Shown here one piece after another: positions 23,435 through 34,100 of a DNA stretch of 43,975 nucleotides. The notes beneath the pieces were generated by a model. It had not been told where the DNA came from. It searched no databases and was given only the letters and a program-made list of their open reading frames with translations. The translations under genes and the position numbers were made by a program. The DNA comes from Halocafeteria seosinensis (Eukaryota), in NCBI GenBank assembly GCA_001687465.1, contig LVLI01000148.1, positions 124,001 through 167,975 of the forward strand, in the 5' to 3' direction. Position 1 is the first letter of the stretch. Each line of letters opens with the position of its first letter.

Positions 23435-26400
23435 TTAACGACGTTTGTGCTTCGCTTTGCTCTTGAAAGATTTTCGGCCGAGTTTCCCGCCTTTACGCAA
23501 GGGCTTAGAAGGTTGTAAACCGTTTTCAAGCTCTTTTCTTTCCTCTGCCGTGAGCTGAGATTGGGCCGTCTTTCGGCGCTCGAGTCCACCGCTCCCTCCA
23601 CCATGCGTAAATCGTGCCTTTCTTTTCACCTCGGCAGGTTCTGCGAGTTCGGCCAAGTCCACATACGAATCAGAATTCTTGGAACTTGGCACTTCCATCT
23701 TCTTCTTTGAGTTCTTTGACCTCTTCAGCTGTTTTGCCTCGCTTTTCTGCCCTTTCAGCGCTTTTATTTCTTGAAATACTCGTTTCCGGTTTTGTTGTGC
23801 CGCTGCCTCTTCAGAATCAAGAGTGCGAGACTCCCCTTCTTTTTTCGCCGCATCATCTTTGGCTTTCTGCTGTTTCTCCATCTTCATAGCCTTAGATTCT
23901 TCTTTGGCTAGCGCCTGTTCAGCTTCTCTCCGTCGGCGTTTCTTGCGAGTTAATCTGTGAGGCTTTTTATTCTTCTCCGCTTGCTCAAGAATCTTCATCT
24001 CCTTCTTCGTTGGCTTATGTTGTGCTGCGGGTTCCTGTTGGTTTGATGATCCGTTACTTTCTCCGGATACTGTTTGAGCAATTTCTTCAGCAATTTGCCT
24101 TGCGCGCTCTTGGATGGACTTTTTCTCGCCTTCGCTTTGAAACCATGTCCTGACCGGACGAGAATGTATTTCATCAGCATGATTAACAATGTTTTCTGCT
24201 TTCTTCGCTTCCATATCGGCGACTCGGAGTCGTTTCTCTATGTTTTCTTGCTCAATTATATCTTCTATGTCTGGTTGCATATCATTTATCTGCTGGTTCC
24301 AATACTGGATGACCTCTTCAGGTACTGTCCTACTCATGACATTTCTCGCTGCCCGTTTCACGATTTCCTTCATCAACAGACGATCCCTCTCCAAACAAAG
24401 TGTTACAGAGCAACCAGTACGACCTGCACGAGCAGTTCGACCAACCCGGTGGACATATTGCGTCATGTCTTTAGGCATTTCAAAGTTTATAACAGCCGAA
24501 ACGTTGGGTATATCCAGCCCTCTAGCAGCCAGATCTGTGGCAACCAGCATGTCTATCTTGCCCTGTCGAAACAGCTCTAGTGATTCCAGCCGCTGTCTTT
24601 GCGTCAAATTGCCGTGCAGCTCACGGGCGTTAAAACCAGACAGACCCAATATGAGTAGCAGTCGATGAGCTGTTCGCTTCTGAGAACAAAAAACAATAAC
24701 GTTGCTTTTGAAAGATCGCGACAAGAGAGACAAGAGGATAGCTTCTCTATCTTTTTCTTTGCTCTTGCGTATGCGGATGAATTCTTGGGTCAAGGTCTTA
24801 GCCATATCATAAAGAGGATCGGCTGTTACACGGACAGGATTCTTCAATGATAGCTTTGCAAGGTCATCCACTTTGTCAGTCATGGTTGCAGAGAAAAGGA
24901 GGGTCTGTCGGTTCGTAGGGCAGTACTCAACTAATTCTTTCACTTCTTCCTGGAAGCCAAGTTCGAGCAGGCGATCTGCTTCATCGAGCACGAGTACTCC
25001 GACATCACTGATATCTACATTCTTCGTATTTCGCAAGTGATCAATCATTCGTCCAGGTGTGCAAATCACTATATCTGGCTGTGACTGTAGTTCTTGCTCT
25101 TGGCTGCTCAAAGAAAGCCCGCCAACGATTCTTGCACTCCGTATATCAGTAAACTGCGACAGTTGTTTGGCTACAGCATGGCACTGCGAAGCCAACTCTC
25201 GAGTTGGCGTAACAATTAGAACTCGCGTGGCAGGAACCGCCCTATTTCCCCATAGTAGCCTTTGTAATACCGGTAATAGGAAGGCTGCAGTCTTTCCAGA
25301 CCCGGTGACAGCGCTGCCACAGATATCTTTCCCCTCCAGCGCCAGCGGGATAGTTTTCTCTTGGATAGGGGTAGGACTCTTGTAGTTTAAGTGGTTAATT
25401 ACTTTGAGAAGCTGCGGTGATAAATGCATATCTCCGAAGTTGATGGAGCTCTTTCTTGGCTTATCCGCTGATGAGCTCGATAAACTACGTATCTCTTTCC
25501 CTTCATCAATTTCTTGTTGGGGAGCAGCGCTTCTTGCGGAGGAATCGAGCTTTTTCGAAGCTTGAGTTGGCTCTTGTGTAGCTGAATGGCCACTATCACT
25601 GCTGCTGTCGTCCACTTCCTCCTCTTCTTCACTCTCTTCTTCCTCATTTTCTCCTTCTTCGTCGTCTTCTCCCTCACTTCCTGATTCCTTCTGGTTATCT
25701 CCATCCTTTCCGGCTTCATTCTTGTGCCCTTCACTATTTTCTACATTTGGAGCTTCATCGGCTCCTGAAGTTTCTGTGGCTTTCTGCCGTGCCTCTCGAC
25801 GTTGCTGAATCAACGCTATCGTTACATCGGCCGTACTGATTTGTGAATTTGTTTCTGGACCGAGATCAGATAGTAAGTCGTACTCGGTTAATGTTTTTTT
25901 GTTGGCATTAGCACCACGATATCTACCAGCTTTCTGTAGGACCCAAGAAACATTTACGAAAGTTATACCCCTTGCGAAGTCAAGCAACTACATCATGTGT
26001 CGTAGGCTTACCTGTTGCATGGACAATCCTGCCCGACTAACCCCTCCTTGTAGATCTTCAAACATTTCATTCGATGGTTTTTCACCTTCTTCCTGTTCGT
26101 TCAGTACCATGCATCGTGTACAAATAGTGCCTAGAAGCGGAAATCAACGTACCTGTGAAGCGTCGTCCAGTTGGCCTCTGGTTTTCTTCTTTCTCTCTTT
26201 CTTCTGCTTAGGTTTTCTCGTAAAATTAGACAAATCTAATGTTTCATCTTCATCATCATCGTCTTCATCCGCTTGGTTATAATGGCTTTTCGCTCCAGCA
26301 TCCACTGACTCCAGTTTCTTCTGTCACAAGCAAATGCCGTCGATGATTCGTTGAATGCACGACGTCCGGGCAGATATTAAGGCAAAGGATAACTACGTAC

Positions 26401-26496
26401 ATCTTGGGCCTTTTCGCTAGCATCCTCGTCATCGCTGTCATCGCTATGAATAGTCTTAATATGGAGGAAGTCCTCCTCCTCGTCGCTGTTACTCAT
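23435..26496 (-). CDS. DDX27: DEAD-box RNA helicase DDX27/Drs1, ~947 aa, 4 exons
   Basis: PTPIQ, AVTGSGKT, PTRELA, TPGRMIDH, DEAD, SAT, LTQEFIRIR, HRVGRTARAGR, and the Drs1-type IHSRPVRTWFQ and KSFKSKAKHKRR ends. Introns 26321-26400, 26093-26152, 25934-26011. Confidence 0.93.
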
Positions 26497-26786
26497 TGCT
26501 TTCGCTTCCAAACACCAAGCACTCGCTCTCGGCAACAGCTACCAACACAATGACGGAATACACAGTAGCAATACTGACCCACTTTGGAAACAATAGTCGC
26601 CTGCCATGGGTGTATAATGGAACGAAGTTGAGGTTGAGATGATTCAACTTCACAAACCATTGGTGCGGTGAAGACGTTCATAAAAGAATACTGCCCCATT
26701 TCCGTATTGATAACTCATGTTTGAGTGTGCCCTTGATGATCCAGGATGGCCGCATTTATGAAGCACAGGTTGAGGGAGTAGCAGCC

Positions 26787-27863
26787 ATGGACACCGCAGA
26801 TTCGACCTTGTTTGATAGCTATCCTAATGCAGACCCTTGGAAGCATTTTGCTCGACAAGCCAAGGCTACAGAGACCAGTTATGGTGCTGCATTCATCATC
26901 GCCGGCGTAGTTTTCTTACTGACTTTTTTCAGGATACTGGGATCGCGTTTAGCGAAACTTAAGGTAAGAAACGGAGGAAAAACCAGGGCTTCTGAACGTC
27001 GATATGTGGTGATAAACCTGCAGAGTTCGGAGGAAATAGAATGCGAACAACGCTCTCAATTGTTGGACCAGGAGATCGAAAAAGTAAGATTCCTGTTGGT
27101 GCTTGACAGTATTTTGTATCCCCGTTCATGTTGTCATACGGAATCCAGCTGAACCCGGTCAAAGACTTTGTTACTGTCTCGATGAAACAGCGGCAAAAAA
27201 AGAAGTTAGAAAAGATGCTAGAGGAATATAAGCGGATAAGGAAAGAAAGCTTAAAATATGTGGAAAATAATGGGCAAGGTATGTGTCTTTAGTGCCTTCC
27301 GATGAACAAGAGAAATTAACAATGGCGGCTAGAATACAGGATTCCTGCCAGACTTCCGCAATCCTGATGTATTTAAGGCCACGGTGAGTTAGCAAGCTTT
27401 TCTCGCTCTTTCATTCGAATTGGTCTACATATCTATGCATTCACAGTTACTTGTATATGTCTTCCTGGCATATTATTTCTGGAATGTACCCGTCGCGGTG
27501 GTACCGAGGTCACTCATTTGGCCATTCCAGTTTCTGCTACACCTTACGACCATAGAAACTAAAGACGGCGTTCGTTCAAGTGTAGCCATTGGTGCAGTTG
27601 GTTGGATATGCCTTTGCTACTTTGCCTTTTCGGGATTAAGCCATGCCTTTGCATCCGTCATCGCCAGCTACATTGGGAAGCGTAGAGTTTATCTATCCGC
27701 ACAAAGAGCTGAAGCGGCCCAAAGCAATGATCAAACTTCTGCAACACACATCGAACATAAAGAGACACAATCCTCTAGCATTGACAAAGAAATCGAAGGG
27801 AGGGCTGTCCGAGGTCGGGGCAACAAGAGCTCAAGATTCCAGGCAAGTGTAAAGGAAGATTAG
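26787..27863 (+). CDS. GET1: GET1/WRB tail-anchored protein insertase, ~275 aa, 5 exons
   Basis: TM1, cytosolic coiled coil (LNPVKDFVTVSMKQRQKKKLEKML), then YYFWNVPVAVVPRSLIWPFQFLL...IGAVGWICLC, like the WRB 'SVPVAVVP...GITCWILVC' region. Introns 26964-27023, 27084-27148, 27279-27339, 27384-27446. The start codon is uncertain. Confidence 0.8.
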
Positions 27864-28589
27864 ATTCCTATGCTATGTTATTGTACAGCAACCAAAGAGT
27901 ACCAAGACTATCAAATCGGAAAAATAGGAAGCGTGGAAAGAGAGCCACGATAACGAGATAATGCACGAGGAGGATGAAAGTAATTAATTCTCATGCTCAC
28001 GTGTGATAGTAGTTCTGCTGGATAATTCATTTCGATACTCGGACCGGGTGAGAACAGAAGCATCTGCCCACATTTGTATACTAGTCAACCTGTTTGAACA
28101 TAAGGGTCTAAGAAGAGTGCCTTGCCTCTCTATCTCGAAAAACAGCAAGGTCGAAACTTCCACGTCCTCAAAGAATTCAGGTGTTCTAAACGAATCCAAG
28201 TGTGTTGTAGTACAATGTACCATGGTATACGACGGTAATAAACACATGAAATGGACGACAGCTTTCAGTACCATTCTTGGGATTACGCTATTCGAACAAG
28301 AGTGCGTATAACAGAACGGCGTCATGGATAAGAGGCTTCTCGTGCTTAGTTATTTGCGGGATATCGGACTTTGGTTGAACCTGTTGCCAGCCGCGGGCAC
28401 AGCCTGAGGCCGCCCAAGAATGTCAAGAAATGGCATGTTGAATAGAGGAGTAGTTCTCAATAGACCCCATTTGCTTCCTTTTCCGCCGGTGAACCACAGA
28501 GGCACAGTCAATGAGAGTGAGGAAGTGACTCAGCTGACCATCACTATAGACAGAAAAAGACCCTCCTATTTGGGAGCGGTGAATCGCGT

Positions 28590-28671
28590 GTCAGCATGCC
28601 CGAGTGGTTAAGGGGCTGCACTCGAAATGCAGTGGGCTTTGCCCGCGCAGGTTCGAATCCTGCTGCTGACG
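28590..28671 (+). tRNA. tRNA-Ser(CGA), 82 nt, no intron
   Basis: Acceptor stem GTCAGCA/TGCTGAC with G discriminator, D-loop GAGTGGTTAAG, anticodon arm CTGCA-CT-CGA-AA-TGCAG, long variable arm GGGC-TTT-GCCC, and T-loop GGTTCGAATCC. Confidence 0.97.
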
Positions 28672-28675
28672 TCAA

Positions 28676-28682
28676 TTTTTTT
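28676..28682 (+). terminator. Pol III terminator (T7)
   Basis: Run of seven T starting 5 nt after the tRNA discriminator base. Confidence 0.85.
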
Positions 28683-28996
28683 AATCTAGATACCTGGTGC
28701 ATGGGAAAATATTTTTCATTAGAACATAATGTTAGAGTTTGGGCTGTTCGATCTAGTTCTGTGTCATTTTGTCGGCTGGTATAAAGGAATATATGGATGT
28801 GGAGAGCTAATGAGCAAAGGATTACTTCCTCACATCGCTGCTCCTTCTACCAATTCTGCCTCATTATTGCCACATTCATGTTTAAAAAGCGGAATAACCT
28901 AGCGAACGAACGAACGAATGCACGGTTCCATACTTACCTAAGACAAGTTCTCTTACATTGTATCATACAATTTGTATGCCACATTGGTGGCCCGAC

Positions 28997-29029
28997 AGAA
29001 TCCGGGCCCTCGGCCCGGATTTTCATTGA
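28997..29029 (+). repeat. Dispersed GC-rich hairpin element, copy B
   Basis: AGAATCCGGGCCCTCGGCCCGGATTTTCATTGA, with a 10-bp stem AATCCGGGCC/GGCCCGGATT. 30/33 identical to 12042-12074. Confidence 0.85.
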
Positions 29030-29132
29030 GGTCAATGCATTGCTCATAAATGCTTTACATAAGTGTATTTTCGGTACATATACCTGCTCTATAGTTGCTA
29101 CGTCAAGTATTTGATCCGCAAAGTACTCCAAA

Positions 29133-30936
29133 ATGGCTCTACGGATCGCAATCGAAGGCAATATCTCGGCTGGAAAATCCACCTTGTTGTCCTTATTGAG
29201 CAAGGAACTCGATTTTTTGGTCGTTCCCGAGCCTCTAGATAAATGGCAGTCCATCGACAACAGTGTCGAGGAGGAGGGAGAAGAGACGGGCATCCAGAGC
29301 GAAAGCCAGGAATCTGGAATGAACTTGCTGGTATGTTTTTGCTTTAATACTATTGTTTTGAATTGTGTGACCTGGAATTTGAATTGTGCGCAGGACTACT
29401 TTTATCATGATCCTAAGCGTTGGGGCTACACTTTCCAGACGTACGCTTTCCTATCAAGGATCCGAGCTCAGCTGAGGCCTTTCGAGGAGTTCCAACAGTT
29501 CAGTCAAATGTACAATGTCAAAACCTCCGATGGATACCGCAACAAGAAGCAACGACTTGCTGATTCAGAAGGAGGCAGCGAAAACACACGCAACGGACAC
29601 GCTTTCAGTCGCCAAGAGGAGAAAGAAAACGACTCCGCCGCCATTGGCTCCAAACGCTCACGGTCCCACGAACCCGCCAATGCGTGCGCCCAACTGAATG
29701 TGATACAGTCCGACAGCGAAGTGACGACGACGTTCTATATTGGAGCCGGCACTACTCCTTTTGGTATTGACAGTAAGGGCAACTTCACCGTCGATTGGGA
29801 TGAAAATTCTTCTCTAGTGGAGAAATATGGAGAGCTGATGGCAAATAAGGAATCTCAATTGTTCGTCTTGCGTTCCTCACAAGTAGGTTGCTTGCTTGTT
29901 TGGAAGTGTTCCAAATTACCATATCTTTTTTCACTGGCGTTCGTGCCTCTTCAGAGTCTATCGTTGAACCGTTTAGATACTTCCGGAAACAAAACTAAAC
30001 GTGAAATAACACCGGGAAGTATTGAACCGCTTTCAGATGGGACAGAGGTTCTATTAGGCGACCACAAAGTACAATTTCATCTAATCACTGAAACAGGCTC
30101 CAACATCCGCGAAGATAGCGCACGTGCTAATGTATCGTATTCGAACCCCCAACTAAAAGACAAGAGTAAGTTCCAGCTCCGTATATAGTGATTGCTCTCG
30201 TTGAGTATGTTTCTGTTGATTGCTCTATCGTTCGTATAACAATCATTCCCAGTCTTGTTATACGAACGATCCGTGTTGAGTGACCGTTATTGCTTTGCGG
30301 CGAACTGTCGTAGAAGCAGTCTCTTCCAGGAAATTGAATGGCGTGTTTACTGCGATTGGCATAACTTTCTTCTGAAGGCTTTCGATGTAAGGCGCGGTTG
30401 TGGTGTCCATCTTACTAGCACAGTTTCAGACTTCCACGACTCTGTTGCAGGGTCTTCGACTCGATGGCCTAGTGTATCTTAGGACCAGTCCGCAAACCTG
30501 CCTCGGTCGTCTGCAGAAGCGCGCTCGATCAGAAGAGAGTAGCGTCGGTATAGAGTATCTCACAGTAAGTAACGCTCTTACTTCGAGAAGCTGTGGTTTT
30601 ACCCATACACGATATGATTCCCTTTACAGCAATTGCATAGGCGCCATGAGGACTGGTTGATAGAACGGAAAGTCGGAAAAGATCACAAACTCCCAATCCT
30701 GGTTGTTGATGCTGACAAAGGTATGGCTAGCAACTTGGTGTTGCGCGTTTGTATTGTTTAACAAGAAATTTGACTCTAAAACAGAGTTTGAAACGGATCC
30801 GAAGAGGGCGGAGGAAATATTGAAGAAAATGAGGCAGTTCGTTGAGCAAATAAAATCGGTAAGAAAGCGCAACGCGGAAAAAAACGCGAAGCTGGGAACT
30901 GAAACAAGCACTAGCCTGAAGACATATAGCGCATAA
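29133..30936 (+). CDS. Deoxynucleoside kinase (dCK/dGK type) with a ~200-aa internal insertion, ~462 aa, 7 exons
   Basis: IAIEGNISAGKST, VPEPLDKW, RWGYTFQTYAFLSRIRAQL, ERSVLSDRYCF, YLRTSPQTCLGRLQKRARSEE and LHRRHEDWL. Introns 29331-29393, 29883-29954, 30166-30252, 30387-30450, 30565-30629, 30721-30784. Confidence 0.92.
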
Positions 30937-31100
30937 TAGGATTACCACGTTCTTCTTGCCTCTGTAACATGTAACGTCGTATGAGTGGTAGTAGCTCGTG
31001 GATACAAATTATCCGCTAAACAGTGCAATGCTTCTTCCTCTTGATCGAGAGTCGCATGGAATACCCGGGTGTATATCATTTCAAACACGTATGCAAAAAC

Positions 31101-34100
31101 TCAACCATTGGTGGTAGTGGCGGTAACTTCCACATTCCAATCTAGGTCACCATAATGAGTACAAGCTGTCGATGCAGCGTCTGAGCACTGACGTACCAAT
31201 TCACCGGCTACAACCGAGTCAGCCGCGAGCTTTCCCTGGTCATACAACGCCTTCAACTGCTCAGTTATTGACGGGTCGTTACAAATATAAAAATGATTCC
31301 CCACAATAAACTCTACGATTTCGCTATGCGATTTGGTGTAATCCCCTCGTGAAAGCGAAGATGTAACCAGCAGACACAGCCTTTTACTAAGTAACGCATT
31401 TTCTCGAGTCTCAAGACTGGTTAAACTGGCCATATGTGGCCACGACTGGGAAAACTGGAATCCATGCTTGGAGGCTGTGTTCTCGTACGAATATAGCTGA
31501 GCAATCTCATTACAAAGTGCTCCAGCGAACGATTCATGCCTCTGTGCCGCTTGTCCAAGCACTGAAGCGATACGAGCTTGGGGGAAGACCTGGAACGCAT
31601 TGAACTTATCGAATATTGGCCTGGGGCCATTTCCAGAATCGACGTTATACAGGAAGCCGAAGAGCCAGGCGAAGTCCTCTAACATCATGCTCTCCGCACA
31701 CGAGGGGCTATCCACGTGGTGGCCAGCGATTTCGCATTGCAGAAGGCCGCAATCTGCGGCTCCAAACAGAAGAGCTTCAGAAACAGGACTCCCTGTATGC
31801 AAGTCATTCGATAGACTCATCTTCACTTCCTCCTTCCTAGATAAAACAAAATCTTGTATCTCCTTGCATGTATCCGACGAGACACGGTCTAATGCATACT
31901 CCCGTAGGGAGCGCATAAGCACAGCCAATGAAGCGGGAAACAGAACTCGCGTACAAACGCAACAAACGAGCGCATCAACCAGGAGCAGAGAACTTCGTAT
32001 CCGTTGGATAGAACAGGACCAATAATTGCTTTGAAACTTGGACGAGTAAAATTGATGCGTAATGTTGTCCTTGCTCTCCTGGAACTGTCTCCCTAATTTT
32101 TTCTGGAGGCGGCGCAAAGAAGAACGCTCACTGCTATCCTTGAACCGATGGCAAAACAATATGCGCAGCATGTCCGCCTGGTCATGAACTGTAAGATCCG
32201 TGGCCCCGGTTTTCAAACCGCAATGTCCAAGAAGCCTACAAAACTCCAGAAACGTGTTGCGTTTCGATACAACATCGTCTGCTAGTCCGAGGAAGATCAC
32301 TCTGAGACAATCAATAACGTAGGCAACCAACCGAAACTGCTTGCACAGCTTGGCGTGCTTCTCGTCCTGCTCGTTATTGAGCAAAGATTCAAGATACCTC
32401 ACGGTAGTTTCACAGAAAGAAAACCGCCAATTTTGCGAAGGTTTCCCTTCCATAAGACACTGGTAAATTGCTGGAGAAGCAACTGGAGTATAGGCCCCAT
32501 TCCTAATTTCTCCCAGCAAATCATTCAATCCGAGAAGCAACAGCTGCACTGGAGATGGCCAGTGGAGAGGCAGGCGGCCAAAACAATAATATATTTGGTC
32601 CGCAAGGAGACTAGCTAAAGAAGAAGTGACCTTATCCGTCAATAGCGTGTACAATGAGCTACGCAATGCGGAAGGAACCAGCTGCCCACCAACGTGAGTA
32701 GGCAGCGTAGCAACAGGGTTCTTGAGCTCTTCCATGCATCGGCTTAGCTCCGTTCTCTTGGTACAAAGTTCCAGCACTGTCCTAGAGGAATCCTCGATGC
32801 TCTTTTCACGGTTCCTCTGGGCCTCGATGGCATCGACATCTATTGAAGCTAGCATAGAGTCCATGTCCGACCCGTCCATCTCGCCATCACTGGTGGGCGA
32901 CTGTGGCATTTCTTCCTCTCCGAGCACATTCACGAAGAATACTCTTAGTGCGTGGTCTGTATATAGAGGAGTTCCAACAAGAGTACCAAACAACTGGATC
33001 CACAAGTGGTGACAGGTCTGCTCCGCTCCCTCGGATAAATCCTTTTCCAATTGTGTCGGTATGCTCTTTAATCCCAATTGCCGCACAGCATCTTGCTGAC
33101 AAAATTGCGACCATGAATGCAGCTCAGGCACCCAACGACTCTCATTCGGTACTTCCTTCTTCGAGTGTAACGCGGAGTAGTAGTTGCTGCGGTTACTGGA
33201 CAGAAGGTCGTTGGACACAAGCGCAAGGATATGTCCTCGTGAGGAGAATACATTTATTGAGCCTGCTTCACTTGAGGAATTGTCTGTCAGTTGAGCGATG
33301 AGCTTCTGCGATGTGTCTAGAGACGCTTTCATCCAAGGAAGGAATTCCCACAATCCTTCCGGGGCATTATCCATAGTGGCCGCCCATACTTTTTTTCTGG
33401 GTATCAGGAGAGCACACTGCTTGGAAAGAACGCTCCTACTTATAAGTACTCGTTCCAGCTGCATGCGTTGCAAATGGTTTCTTTGAAGCAATGTAAGGCG
33501 ATCCCGGTGCTTCTTTAGTTTACTTAGTAATCCTTGGTGACGCTTGGTATCAAGTGATAAGTCGTTCTCACGATACTTCTCAACCAAGCAATTCATGCTT
33601 TTGTTATCTGTGGAAAGGCGCTTACTTCCCGCTTGTGACTCTAAGGCAACGTTCCGTATCCTCTTTGAGTCTCTGAGAAGAGCATACACTCGGCTACGAG
33701 CATCTATAATGCAAAGTCGTTCTAAGGTGACCAACCTCTTGTTGAGCAAAGTTAAAGACTCAACCAGATAACTTGCAGTACTTCCAGAAGAGCTCAAAGT
33801 CACGGTCTGCAACAATACTATCAGAATACTGACCAGCCCTGAGATTACTGACCTTCCCTGCAAGTCACATGAATGGAGATCCACCATTTGCATGCTGTCC
33901 CGGACCGACTTATGCAGCATTTCCATAGCAATATCATTGTTCTCAGTTGTAGATATCGTTGTTACAGCCTCAATCCATGAAAGGACACAGACAAGCTCCA
34001 GATAAATGATCGGAGGGCTCTTAGTGGACCGTCCGCGGTCTTCAGTAACCACGGTATCCAGTTTTGCAGAAAGACTGCCATGACGGCCCCGTTCTCGTCG

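Noticed and set aside
27984..28611. Short ORFs between GET1 and the tRNA
   Set aside because: No recognisable motifs or consistent splice structure.
28930..28980. ATACTTACCT (U1 snRNA 5' end-like) followed by an Sm-like AATTTGT
   Set aside because: No U1-70K (GATCAC) or U1A (ATTGCAC) loops and the spacing is far too short for U1. It is equally a chance minus-strand donor motif.
3083..30936. Several stop-free 3n introns (RPC11 x2, calnexin, RJL, GET1, dCK x2)
   Set aside because: The number looks compatible with chance for 60-70 nt introns, and the sample is too small to infer anything about NMD.
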